The position numbers and the translations under genes are program-made. From Burkholderiales bacterium (lineage in GTDB: Bacteria > Pseudomonadota > Gammaproteobacteria > Burkholderiales > SG8-39), in contig JADLAV010000021.1 in NCBI GenBank assembly GCA_020848075.1, forward strand, positions 5,421 to 69,420: 64,000 nt of DNA. The letters run 5' to 3'. The stretch's first letter is position 1. The number at the start of each line of letters is the position of its first letter. The notes below the pieces were generated by a model. That model did not search any database, was not told where the DNA came from, and saw only the letters and a program-made list of their open reading frames with translations. Positions 44,013 to 53,255 of this stretch are shown here, in pieces.

Positions 44013-44059
44013 ATGCCGCGCCGTCCGACGGCGCGGCGCGAGCCGCGCGGGGCGCAATG

Positions 44060-44311
44060 TCAGGGGCAGGCGCGGCCGACGTCGGAGATCTCGACGAGAC
44101 GCTCGCTCCTCGTTAGCCGGGGACGAGCGCGTGAACGCCTAGTCTGCGCCCGTATATACTGCGGGAACCCCATGGCCTCCAGGCGCTGCTTCTCCGCCTC
44201 CTGCCACGCGATCCAGTCGACCGCCTGCCCGAAGCGGGGGTCGGACGCGCATCCTGCGAGGGTGATCAGGATCAGGGCGCCCCGACGTGCGCCTCGGCGC
44301 GCATCACCCAA
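44060..44311 (-). CDS. Possible small lipoprotein (low confidence)
   Basis: TTG 44311 gives MGDARRGARRGALILITLAGCASDPRFGQAVDWIAWQEAEKQRLEAMGF... This has a positive n-region, a hydrophobic core and an L-A-G-C lipobox. The G/C third-position bias is good for the first ~50 codons and decays afterwards. The start overlaps the 3' end of the receiver gene. Confidence 0.3.
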   Translation of the reverse strand: MGDARRGARRGALILITLAGCASDPRFGQAVDWIAWQEAEKQRLEAMGFPQYIRAQTRRSRARPRLTRSERLVEISDVGRACP

Positions 44312-44670
44312 TCGATCGAGTCGAGCAGCGCCGCGGCGTCCACCGGCTTGCGGAAGAAGGCCTGCGCGCCGAGCTCGCGCGCCGTGCGCCGCGTCGCCGG
44401 ATCGTCGCGTGCGGAGAGCGCGATGATGGGAATGGCTTCCGCCCCGGCGCGCACTCGTGACCGGAGCGCGGGCTCGCGCAGGCGCGGATCGGAAACGTCG
44501 AGCAGCGCGCAGGCCGCGTGCGCGCCGGGCGCCTGACCGAGGAACGCGTCGATGGAGTCGCATGGCCTCGATTCGAGGCCGGCCGAGTCCACCAGCCGCG
44601 CGAGGCCCTGCTTCACCGCCGTGTCGGCATCGACGATGTAGACGGCGCGCGTGAGCACACTATTGGACAT
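44272..44670 (-). CDS. Stand-alone response-regulator receiver (CheY-like) protein
   Basis: Trimmed to ATG 44670 (MSNSVLTRAVYIVDADTAV...). Phospho-acceptor context ALLDVSDP; conserved ...FFRKPVD. Confidence 0.8.
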   Translation of the reverse strand: MSNSVLTRAVYIVDADTAVKQGLARLVDSAGLESRPCDSIDAFLGQAPGAHAACALLDVSDPRLREPALRSRVRAGAEAIPIIALSARDDPATRRTARELGAQAFFRKPVDAAALLDSIDWVMRAEAHVGAP

Positions 44671-44844
44671 CTCCCGTTCCCTTGATCGGGCGGCATCCAG
44701 GTTCATGAAAAGGCCGCGGCGTCAGCCGGCATAGACGATCCCGCCTTCCCTGGCGGATACTGTGATGCCCGCTTCGCGGCGCGACCCGGCGACACCCGAC
44801 ATCCGCAAGGCACGGGGAACGTTAATGCGGAAGGAAGGCGGCGG

Positions 44845-44866
44845 AAATCCTACCTAGGTTGGATTC
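44845..44866 (+). repeat. 22-bp palindrome family, copy d: AAATCCTAC-CTAG-GTTGGATTC
   Basis: Read directly from the sequence. Lies 155 nt upstream of xfp ATG 45021. Confidence 0.9.
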
Positions 44867-45020
44867 CGGTCCGGCGTGGAGGGGCGCAAGCTTGTCGAGC
44901 GTTTCGATTTCTTGCGCGGGCTCACCGCTGTCCCCCGTCGGCGCGCCCCGGCGGTGAACCGGCACCAGCCGGACCGGCTGGATCGGCTCGATCGCGACTT
45001 GATCTGGAGGAGATCCCAGA

Positions 45021-47417
45021 ATGGCCAAGTCCGGAACCTCGCACCCCCCCGCCCAAAGCCCCCTCGCGAGCGAGGAGCTGCGCCTGATCGATGCCTGGTG
45101 GCGCGCGTGCAACTACCTCTCGGTCGGCATGATCTATCTCAGGGACAACCCGCTGCTCAGGGAGCCCTTGAAGCCCGAGCACGTGAAGCACCGCCTGCTT
45201 GGCCACTGGGGCGCGAGCCCGGCGCTCTCCTTCGTGTGGGCGCATCTCAACCGGGTGATCAAGCGCGACGATCTCGACGTGATCTTCATGGCCGGCCCCG
45301 GCCACGGCGCCCCCGGCGTGCTCGGCCCGGCCTATCTCGAGGGCACGTACTCGGAGGTCTATCCGGACAAGAGCGAAGACGCGGAGGGGATGCAGAAGTT
45401 CCTCAAGCAGTTCTCCTTCCCCGGCCACATCGGCTCGCACGTCACCCCCGAGACGCCGGGCTCGATCCACGAGGGCGGCGAGCTCGGCTACAGCCTGTCG
45501 CACGCCTACGGCGCCGCGCTCGACAATCCCGGGCTCATCGTCGCATGCGTCGTGGGCGACGGCGAGGCGGAGACCGGTCCGCTCGCCACCGCCTGGCACT
45601 CGAACAAGTTCATCAACCCGGTCCGCGACGGCGCAGTGCTGCCGATCCTCAACCTGAACGGCTACAAGATCGCCAACCCCACGGTTCTCGCCCGTATCAG
45701 CCACGAGGAGCTGGACGCGCTCTTTACCGGCTACGGTTACAAGGCCTACTTCGTCGAGGGCGCCGACCCCGCCGAAATGCACCAGAAGATGGCCGCGACG
45801 CTCGACGCGATCGTCGCCGAGATCCGCGGCATCCAGCGCAAGGCGCGCGACAGCGGCAAGGCCGAGCGGCCGCGCTGGCCGATGATCGTGCTGCGCACGC
45901 CCAAGGGCTGGACCGGGCCGAAGGAGATCGGCGGGCACAAAGTCGAAGGCTCGTGGCGCTCGCACCAGGTGCCGTTCTCCGACGTGCGCGGCAACCCGGC
46001 CAACTTGAAGCTCCTCGAGAGCTGGATGCGAAGCTACCAGCCCGAGGCGCTGTTCGACGCCGGCGGCCGGCTCAAGCCCGAGCTGCGCTCGCTCGCGCCT
46101 GCGGGGCCGCGCCGCATGAGCGCAAACCCGCATGCGAACGGCGGGCTGCTGCGCAAGGATTTGAAGCTGCCGGACTTCCGCCGCTACGCCGTGAACGTGC
46201 AGCAGGCGGGCAAGGTGCTGCACGAGAACACCCGGCCGCTCGGCGAATTCCTGCGCGACGTGATGCGCAATAACATGACGAACTTCCGGGTGTTCGGACC
46301 CGACGAGACCGCCTCCAACCGCCTGCAGGCGATCTACGAGGTCAGCAAGAAGACCTGGATGGCGGACATGCTCCCGGAGGACGCCGACGGCGGCGAGCTC
46401 GCGCGCGACGGGCGGGTGATGGAGATGCTCTCGGAGCACACGCTGGTCGGGTGGCTCGAGGGCTACCTGCTCTCCGGCCGCCACGGCATCTTCCACACGT
46501 ACGAAGCCTTCGCGCACGTGGTGGACTCGATGTTCAACCAGCACGCCAAGTGGCTCGACATCTCCAAGAATCACGTGCCCTGGCGCGCCTCGGTCGCCTC
46601 CCAGAACATCCTGCTCTCGTCGACCGTGTGGCGGCAGGACCACAACGGCTTCTCGCACCAGGATCCCGGCTTCATCGATCTCGCGACGAACAAGAGCCCG
46701 AGCGTCGTCCGTGTCTACCTGCCGCCCGACGCGAACACCCTGCTCGCGGTCGCGGACCGGTGCCTGCGCTCGACCGACTGCATCAACGTGATCGTCGCCG
46801 ACAAGCAGAAGCACCTGCAGTTCACGACCATCGACGAGGCGGTCGTGCACTGCGCGAAGGGCATCGGCATCTGGATCCGGGCGAGCAACGACGAGGGCGT
46901 CGAGCCCGACGTGGTGATCGCCTCCTGCGGCGACGTCGCCACCCAGGAGGCGCTCGCGGCCAGCGCCATCCTGCGCGAGCACGTGCCCGATCTCAAGGTG
47001 CGCTTCGTCAACGTGGTGGATCTCTACAAGCTGCAGCCGGCGGCCGAGCACCCGCACGGCTCGACCGACCGCGAGTTCGACAGCCTGTTCACGCGGGACA
47101 AGCCGATCATCTTCAACTTCCACGGCTATCCCTGGCTGATCCACAAGCTCGCGTACCGCTTCGCGAACCACGAGAACTTGCACGTGCGGGGCTACAAGGA
47201 GAAAGGCAACATCAACACGCCGCTCGAGCTGGCCATCCTCAACCAGGTGGATCGCTTCGACCTCGTGATCGACGTCATCGACCGGGTGCCAAGGCTGCAA
47301 ACCAAGGCCGCGCACCTGAAGGAACAGATGAAGAACGAGATCATCCTCAACCTCGCTTACGCGCACGAGCACGGCACCGACCGGCCCGAGGTCGCCAACT
47401 GGGTATGGCCCTACTGA
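45021..47417 (+). CDS. xfp: Xylulose-5-phosphate / fructose-6-phosphate phosphoketolase
   Basis: 798 aa. [52 protein letters not shown] are the phosphoketolase signatures. GGAGGAG SD. Confidence 0.95.
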   Translation: MAKSGTSHPPAQSPLASEELRLIDAWWRACNYLSVGMIYLRDNPLLREPLKPEHVKHRLLGHWGASPALSFVWAHLNRVIKRDDLDVIFMAGPGHGAPGVLGPAYLEGTYSEVYPDKSEDAEGMQKFLKQFSFPGHIGSHVTPETPGSIHEGGELGYSLSHAYGAALDNPGLIVACVVGDGEAETGPLATAWHSNKFINPVRDGAVLPILNLNGYKIANPTVLARISHEELDALFTGYGYKAYFVEGADPAEMHQKMAATLDAIVAEIRGIQRKARDSGKAERPRWPMIVLRTPKGWTGPKEIGGHKVEGSWRSHQVPFSDVRGNPANLKLLESWMRSYQPEALFDAGGRLKPELRSLAPAGPRRMSANPHANGGLLRKDLKLPDFRRYAVNVQQAGKVLHENTRPLGEFLRDVMRNNMTNFRVFGPDETASNRLQAIYEVSKKTWMADMLPEDADGGELARDGRVMEMLSEHTLVGWLEGYLLSGRHGIFHTYEAFAHVVDSMFNQHAKWLDISKNHVPWRASVASQNILLSSTVWRQDHNGFSHQDPGFIDLATNKSPSVVRVYLPPDANTLLAVADRCLRSTDCINVIVADKQKHLQFTTIDEAVVHCAKGIGIWIRASNDEGVEPDVVIASCGDVATQEALAASAILREHVPDLKVRFVNVVDLYKLQPAAEHPHGSTDREFDSLFTRDKPIIFNFHGYPWLIHKLAYRFANHENLHVRGYKEKGNINTPLELAILNQVDRFDLVIDVIDRVPRLQTKAAHLKEQMKNEIILNLAYAHEHGTDRPEVANWVWPY

Positions 47418-47466
47418 TGGCCGCGCCGCGCACACCCGGCGCCCCTTGCCGACGGACGCATAAGCC

Positions 47467-47649
47467 ATGAGCGCGGAGCCGCCCGCCAGCCGCGCGCCGA
47501 CTACGGTGAGCCTCGGCGACGAGGACGCGGTCAAGCGCGTTCTCACCGAGACCCTGTTTGGCCTCTGAGCCACCGTGAACAACCTGTCGCGCCTGCGCCC
47601 GTCTGCGCGCTGGCTGGCAGCCCAAGGCAAGACGGGGCCCCAACAATGA
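47467..47649 (+). pseudogene. Short coding-like frame interrupted by an in-frame TGA; a gene remnant or leader ORFs coupled to glgP
   Basis: ATG 47467...TGA 47566 gives MSAEPPASRAPTTVSLGDEDAVKRVLTETLFGL. The same frame continues as ATVNNLSRLRPSARWLAAQGKTGPQQ to TGA 47647..47649, which overlaps the glgP ATG (ATGA). 30 of the first 33 codons end in G/C. Confidence 0.35.
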
Positions 47650-50141
47650 CCGCGGGCGAGCCATCCAGCATGAGCCCTCCGATTCCCGAGCCGACCCGCA
47701 CCGGCCTTTCGGCCGCGGCGCTCGAGCGCGCAGTGCTCGACAACCTTGCCTGCCTGCTCGCGCGTCTGCCGGCAATCGCGACGCCCCACGACTGGTACAT
47801 GGCGCTCGCCTACAGCGTGCGCGACCGGATGCTGGCGCGCTGGGTGAGCACGGTGGGGGTCTACGCCGCGCCGGAGGTGAAGATCGCCTGTTACCTGTCG
47901 GCAGAGTTCCTCACCGGCCCGCAACTCGGCAACAACCTCGTCAACCTCGGCATCGAGGAGCCTGCGCGCACGGCGATGCAAGCGCTCGGCCAGGACCTCG
48001 ACGCGCTGCTCGCGCTCGAGGAGGAGCCGGGGCTCGGCAACGGCGGTCTCGGGCGGTTGGCGGCCTGCTTTCTGGACTCGCTCGCCACGCTGCAGGTGCC
48101 CTCCATCGGCTTCGGCATCCGCTACGAGTTCGGCATCTTCGACCAGGAGATCCGCGACGGCTGGCAGGTGGAAGTGACCGACAAATGGCTGCAGAAGGGC
48201 AACCCGTGGGAGGTCTCGCCGCCGGACTTGAGTTTCTACGTCAATTTCGGCGGGCACTCCGAGGCCTGGACCGACGCCGCCGGGCGCTACCGCGTGCGCT
48301 GGGTGCCCGGCGGGCGGGTCAAAGGCGTGCCCTGCGACACGCCGGTGCTCGGCTACCGCGTCAACACCTGCAACACCCTGCGCCTGTGGAAGAGCGAGGC
48401 GGTCGAGTCCTTCGATTTCCAGGACTTCAACGTCGGCGACTACTACGGCGCGGTCGAGCAGAAGATGATCTCCGAGACGTTGTCCAAGGTGCTCTACCCG
48501 AACGACGAGCCGGAGATCGGCAAGCGCCTGCGCCTCGCGCAGCAGTATTTCTTCGTGTCCTGCTCGCTACAGAATCTGCTGCATCTGCTCGACCTGAAAC
48601 GCCAGCCGCTCGCGCGCTTCCCGGACATCTTCGCGGTGCAACTGAACGACACCCATCCGTCGATCGCGGTGGCCGAGCTGATGCGGCTCCTGGTGGACGA
48701 GCGGGAGCTGCCGTGGGACGAGGCCTGGGACATCACCCGTCGCACGCTCGCCTACACCAACCACACGCTGCTGCCCGAGGCGCTCGAGACCTGGGGCCTG
48801 CCGCTCTTCCGCAGCCTGCTGCCGCGCCCGCTCGAGATCATCTACGAGATCAACCGCCGCTTCCTGGACGAGGTAAGGGGCCGCTATCCCGGAGACGACG
48901 CGCGCCTCGCGCGACTGTCGCTGATCGACGAGGCCGGCGAGAAGCGCGTGCGCATGGCGCACCTCGCGACCGTCGGCAGCCACGCGGTCAACGGCGTGGC
49001 GGCGCTGCACTCGACGCTCCTCCGGCAGACCGTGCTGCGCGACTTCGCCGAGCTCTGGCCGGAGCGTTTCCACAACGTCACCAACGGCGTGACCCCGCGC
49101 CGCTTCGTGGTGCTCTCCAATCCCGGCCTCGCACGGCTCCTGACCGAGGCGGTGGGCGAGGGCTGGATCACCGACCTCTCGCAGCTGCAGGCCCTGGAGT
49201 CGCGCACCGGCGGCGCGGCGTTCCACGGCGAGTGGCGCCGGGTCAAGCGGGCGAACAAGGAGGCGCTGGCGCAGCGCATCCGCGAGCGCACCGGGGTCGT
49301 GGTCGATCCGGGTGCGCTGTTCGACATCCAGGTGAAGCGCATCCACGAGTACAAGCGCCAGCACCTGAACGTGCTGCACATCGTCACGCTCTACCAGCGA
49401 CTGCGACGGAACCCGCAGCTCGACGTTGCACCGCGCTGCTTCGTCTTCGGCGGCAAGGCCGCCCCCGGCTACCACATGGCGAAGCTCATCATCCGCCTGA
49501 TCAACGGTGTGGCCGAAGTGGTGAACGACGATCGGGCCGTCGGCGGGCGGTTGAAGGTCGTCTTCTTCCCCGACTTCAACGTCAAGAGCGCGCACGCCAT
49601 CTACCCGGCCGCCGACCTGTCGGAGCAGATCTCGACGGCCGGCAAGGAGGCCTCGGGCACGGGCAACATGAAGTTCATGATGAACGGCGCGATCACCATC
49701 GGCACGCTCGACGGGGCGAACGTCGAGATCCGCGAGGAGGCCGGCGCGGACAACTTCTTCCTCTTCGGCCTGACCGTCGACCAGGTGGAGCGAACCTGGC
49801 GCGAGGGGTACCGCCCGGCGGCCATTGCCGGCGGGAACGCCGAGTTGCGCGAAGCGCTGGATCTGATCGCGGGCGGACATTTCTCGCGCGGAGATCGGGA
49901 AATGTTCCGGCCGCTCGTCGAGAATCTGCTGGGCTCGGATCCCTTCCTCGTGCTCGCCGACTACGCGGACTACGTGGCGTGCCAGGAGCGCGTGAGCGCG
50001 GCCTGGAAGGACGAGGAGCGCTGGACCCGCATGTCGATCCTCAATACCGCACGCGCCGGCAGGTTCTCGTCGGACCGCGCGATCCGGGAGTACTGTGACA
50101 AGATCTGGAACGCGCGGCCGGTCAGGATCGCGCTCGACTGA
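47646..50141 (+). CDS. glgP: Glycogen/maltodextrin phosphorylase
   Basis: 831 aa. EEPGLGNGGLGRLAACFLDS and ISTAGKEASGTGNMKFMMNGA (PLP Lys region). Confidence 0.95.
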   Translation: MTAGEPSSMSPPIPEPTRTGLSAAALERAVLDNLACLLARLPAIATPHDWYMALAYSVRDRMLARWVSTVGVYAAPEVKIACYLSAEFLTGPQLGNNLVNLGIEEPARTAMQALGQDLDALLALEEEPGLGNGGLGRLAACFLDSLATLQVPSIGFGIRYEFGIFDQEIRDGWQVEVTDKWLQKGNPWEVSPPDLSFYVNFGGHSEAWTDAAGRYRVRWVPGGRVKGVPCDTPVLGYRVNTCNTLRLWKSEAVESFDFQDFNVGDYYGAVEQKMISETLSKVLYPNDEPEIGKRLRLAQQYFFVSCSLQNLLHLLDLKRQPLARFPDIFAVQLNDTHPSIAVAELMRLLVDERELPWDEAWDITRRTLAYTNHTLLPEALETWGLPLFRSLLPRPLEIIYEINRRFLDEVRGRYPGDDARLARLSLIDEAGEKRVRMAHLATVGSHAVNGVAALHSTLLRQTVLRDFAELWPERFHNVTNGVTPRRFVVLSNPGLARLLTEAVGEGWITDLSQLQALESRTGGAAFHGEWRRVKRANKEALAQRIRERTGVVVDPGALFDIQVKRIHEYKRQHLNVLHIVTLYQRLRRNPQLDVAPRCFVFGGKAAPGYHMAKLIIRLINGVAEVVNDDRAVGGRLKVVFFPDFNVKSAHAIYPAADLSEQISTAGKEASGTGNMKFMMNGAITIGTLDGANVEIREEAGADNFFLFGLTVDQVERTWREGYRPAAIAGGNAELREALDLIAGGHFSRGDREMFRPLVENLLGSDPFLVLADYADYVACQERVSAAWKDEERWTRMSILNTARAGRFSSDRAIREYCDKIWNARPVRIALD

Positions 50142-50242
50142 CCTCCGTCGGGCCGATCCGGCGGTGAGGCAGACCTCTGGAATGCGCGGGCGGACGCGCG
50201 CCGGTCCGCCGGAGCACGATTGAGAACCTGACGGAGGCTGCA

Positions 50243-52306
50243 ATCCACGCAACTCGTGTCGGGTCGCGGTTCCCGCCGGGCGCGGCCGCGTTCCCTGACG
50301 GCGTCAACTTCTGCATCTTCAGCCGCCATGCAACGCGCGTCGCGCTCCTCCTCTATGCGGCGGCGGACGATTCTGAACCGTTCCAGGTGATCGAGCTCTC
50401 GCCGGCGGAAAACCGCACGTTCTTCTTCTGGCACGTGTTCGTCGAGGGCTTGCGGCCGGGCGTCTGCTACACCTGGCGGGTGGACGGGCCGGCGGACACG
50501 CAGCGCGACGGCGGGTCCTTCAATCCGCGCAAGGAGCTCGTCGACCCGTGGGCGCGCGCCGTGACCGATGCGCTCTGGGACAGACGCCGCGCCGCCGACC
50601 CGCTGGACGCCGGGCATGCCTCGTTTCGCGCGGTCGTGGCGGGGCCGCCGCAAGTCCGCGGCCCGATCGCGCCGCGCGGGCTCGATGGCGCGATCGTCTA
50701 CGAACTCCACGTCGGCGGCTTCACCCGTCATCCCGCGAGCGGAGTGAAGCATCCGGGCACCTTCGCCGGTCTGATCGAGAAGATCCCCTATCTCCGCGAG
50801 CTCGGCGTGACGCATGTGGAGCTCCTGCCGGTCATGGCGTTCGACGAGCAGGACGTGCCCGCCTCGGTCGCCGCGCGCGGTCTGCGCAACTTCTGGGGCT
50901 ACAGCACGCACAGCTTCTACAGTCCCCACCCGCGCTATTGCGTCGACCCGGCGCACGCCGGCCGCGAGTTTCGCTCGCTCACCGACGCGCTGCACGATGC
51001 GGGCATCGGCGTGCTGCTGGACGTGGCGTTCAATCACACCGCGGAAGGCGGTGCGGGCGGACCGATGATCAACTTCAAGGGGATTGCGAACGACGTCGTC
51101 TACCATCTCGATCCGGCCGACCGGCGTCGCTACCGCGATTTCACCGGCTGCGGCAACACCGTGAACTGCAATCATCCGCTGGTGACGGCGTTCATCGTGC
51201 AGTGCCTCGAATACTGGGTGGAGGCGCTGGGCGTGGACGGCTTCCGCTTCGACCTCGCCAGCGTGTTCGCGCGCGGCCCGGGCGGCGAGCCGATGACCGA
51301 TCCGCCGCTGCCGTGGGCGATCGAGTCGTCGCACGTTCTCTCGCGGGTGCCGCTGATCGCCGAGGCCTGGGACGCGGCGGGACTCTATCAGGTCGGCACC
51401 TTTCCCGGGATGGCGTGGGCGGAGTGGAACGGCCGCTACCGCGATGTCTTGCGCCGCTTCGTCCGCGGCGATTCCGGTCTCGCCGGCGAGCTCGCCGCGC
51501 GCATCGCCGGCAGCGCGGATCTGTATGCGGACGACGGCCGGTTGCCCGGAAACAGCGTCAACTTCGTCACCTGCCACGACGGCTTCACGCTCTACGATCT
51601 CGTGAGCCACGACCGCAAGCACAACGAGGCGAACGGCGAGGACAACCGCGACGGGACCGACGACAACGCGAGCTGGAACTGCGGCGCCGAGGGCGAGACG
51701 TCCGATCCTGCGGTGCTTGCGCTGCGCCAGCGCCAAGCGAAGAACTTCATGGCGATCCTGATGCTCTCGCGCGGCGTGCCCATGATGCTCGCCGGCGACG
51801 AGGTGCTGCGGACTCAGGGCGGCAACAACAACGCCTGGTGCCAGGACAACGCGCGCGCCTGGTTCGATTGGACGCTGGCGGACACGAACCGCGACATGCT
51901 GCGCTTCACCCGCACGCTGATCGCGCTGCGCCGCCGCCATGCCTGCCTCACGGTCAACCGCTTCTTCGACGGCAAGCCGGTTCCCGGACGCGGCATCGCC
52001 GACATCGCGTGGCACGGCGTTCGGCTCGACGCGCCGCCGTGGGACAGCGGCGAGGATCGCTTCCTCCGGTTCACCATTGCCGGGCGCGCGCCCGACGAGG
52101 CGGACCTGCACGTGATCTGCAACATGTCGGACCGGACGGTCGAGGCCGCATTGCCGTCGATTTCCGGCCGGCGTTGGCACCTCGCGCTCGACACTTCGCA
52201 GGTGCCGCCGGCGGACATCGTCCCGCCGGACCAGCAGCGCCCGCTTTCGGCAACGGGTTACTCGGCGTCTCCGCGCAGCGTGATCGCGCTGGAGGCGCGC
52301 GCGTGA
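50243..52306 (+). CDS. glgX: Glycogen debranching enzyme GlgX (start codon unresolved)
   Basis: GH13 motifs DVAFNH, GFRFDLA, AEAWD, FVTCHDG. The ORF track starts at GTG 50387, but the same frame is open from 50168. It encodes the conserved N-terminal strand IHATRVGSRFPPGAAAFPDGVNFCIFSRHATRVALLLY (compare E. coli GlgX [33 protein letters not shown]). The only SD-placed candidate is ATC 50243 (GGAGG + 5 nt). Confidence 0.85.
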   Translation: MHATRVGSRFPPGAAAFPDGVNFCIFSRHATRVALLLYAAADDSEPFQVIELSPAENRTFFFWHVFVEGLRPGVCYTWRVDGPADTQRDGGSFNPRKELVDPWARAVTDALWDRRRAADPLDAGHASFRAVVAGPPQVRGPIAPRGLDGAIVYELHVGGFTRHPASGVKHPGTFAGLIEKIPYLRELGVTHVELLPVMAFDEQDVPASVAARGLRNFWGYSTHSFYSPHPRYCVDPAHAGREFRSLTDALHDAGIGVLLDVAFNHTAEGGAGGPMINFKGIANDVVYHLDPADRRRYRDFTGCGNTVNCNHPLVTAFIVQCLEYWVEALGVDGFRFDLASVFARGPGGEPMTDPPLPWAIESSHVLSRVPLIAEAWDAAGLYQVGTFPGMAWAEWNGRYRDVLRRFVRGDSGLAGELAARIAGSADLYADDGRLPGNSVNFVTCHDGFTLYDLVSHDRKHNEANGEDNRDGTDDNASWNCGAEGETSDPAVLALRQRQAKNFMAILMLSRGVPMMLAGDEVLRTQGGNNNAWCQDNARAWFDWTLADTNRDMLRFTRTLIALRRRHACLTVNRFFDGKPVPGRGIADIAWHGVRLDAPPWDSGEDRFLRFTIAGRAPDEADLHVICNMSDRTVEAALPSISGRRWHLALDTSQVPPADIVPPDQQRPLSATGYSASPRSVIALEARA

Positions 52307-52313
52307 AACGTGC

Positions 52314-53243
52314 TCAGGTTCCGGGCTCGACCTTGCGCCAGGTCGAATCCGGATCGAAGCGTGTCATCGCGGATGCACGTGCGGCCGTGTCCGGGCCGAG
52401 ATCCTTCTCGTACACGACGCCGTCGTGGCTCACGATGAACGTCATGACACCAGTGTCGCCGTACTTGACCGGCCAGGCCACGGCGGCGAAGCCACCGATC
52501 ATCCGGCCGCGCACGACGTAGTCGTACGCGCCGCCCGGGGCGCTCTTGCCCTGCCCGGTGAGAATCCTGTAGCGGTAGCCGTAGTAGCCCGCGCTGCTCA
52601 CGCCGCCCGCCGCGCGTGCCGCAGCCACATCGGGCCCGAGCGGACTCTCCGCCTCGCCGGCCTTCGCCGGCCAGTACAGGCCGTCCTTCTTGCCGGGGGA
52701 GCTCGCGAACTTGGCCGCGTACTCGAGCACGCCGTCGCCGTTGCGGTCGTTCGCCGCATACTCCTTCTCCGCGTCGAAGATCGCGAGCATGACCTGCATC
52801 ACGGCGCCCTCGTTGCGACCGATGCGGCGCACGCGCATCTCGTCCGCGCCGGCGCGCATGTCGAAGCGCCAGCCCTGCGCGGTCTTCGTGATCGGGATCG
52901 GCAGGGTCCAGCCATCGCCGCCCACCGCGATGAGTGCCTTGGCGTCGCCTTCCTGCTCGATCCCGTGCGATTTCGCCCACGCGCTGAGGAAACGATAACG
53001 CGCGTCGGCGCCGACCGGTGGAACGAACCTGCGGAAGTCGGCGCCGAGAAGCGACTTCAAGGCGTCCTCGTCGCTCGTGGCGACCGCATCGCCGAACGCG
53101 TTCATCGCCGCCTCCGGCGAAGGAAACGCCTTCTGCTGCGCGAATGCGGCCGGCGCCATGGCGACGAAGAGCGCCAGTGCGCCAGCGAGCGTCGCAAAGC
53201 GGAGCGCCGCGGTGCTTCGGGCGTGTTGATGTCCTAGTCGCAT
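52314..53243 (-). CDS. DUF2950-family secreted protein
   Basis: 309 aa. GGGAGG SD. Signal ...APAAFAQQ, then AFPSPEAAMNAFGDAV...WTLPIPI...GYRYRILT...GVMTFIVSHDGVVYEKDLG, typical of DUF2950 as I recall it. Confidence 0.85.
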   Translation of the reverse strand: MRLGHQHARSTAALRFATLAGALALFVAMAPAAFAQQKAFPSPEAAMNAFGDAVATSDEDALKSLLGADFRRFVPPVGADARYRFLSAWAKSHGIEQEGDAKALIAVGGDGWTLPIPITKTAQGWRFDMRAGADEMRVRRIGRNEGAVMQVMLAIFDAEKEYAANDRNGDGVLEYAAKFASSPGKKDGLYWPAKAGEAESPLGPDVAAARAAGGVSSAGYYGYRYRILTGQGKSAPGGAYDYVVRGRMIGGFAAVAWPVKYGDTGVMTFIVSHDGVVYEKDLGPDTAARASAMTRFDPDSTWRKVEPGT

Positions 53244-53255
53244 CGTCGAGCCTCC

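Noticed and set aside
43881-44057. N-terminal extension of the fused kinase-regulator to ATG 44057
   Set aside because: The extension (MRPARLAPRRRTARHLTNINNAQYSRC...) covers an AT-rich promoter-like stretch with an FNR-type box. GTG 43880 has a GAGGAA SD at sensible spacing.
44858-44870. tRNA T-arm-like string GGTTGGATTCC inside palindrome copy d
   Set aside because: I could find no acceptor stem, D-arm or anticodon arm around it. It is simply the right arm of the 22-bp palindrome.
44922-48257. 1111-aa ORF antisense to xfp and glgP
   Set aside because: The same shadow-ORF signature. It spans two unrelated sense-strand genes plus their spacer, and it has no domain-like segments.
50387-50389. 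GTG 50387 as the true glgX start (ORF-track start)
   Set aside because: It would remove about 48 upstream in-frame codons that match the conserved GlgX N-terminal strand. I keep it only as a fallback if the gene turns out to be N-terminally degraded.
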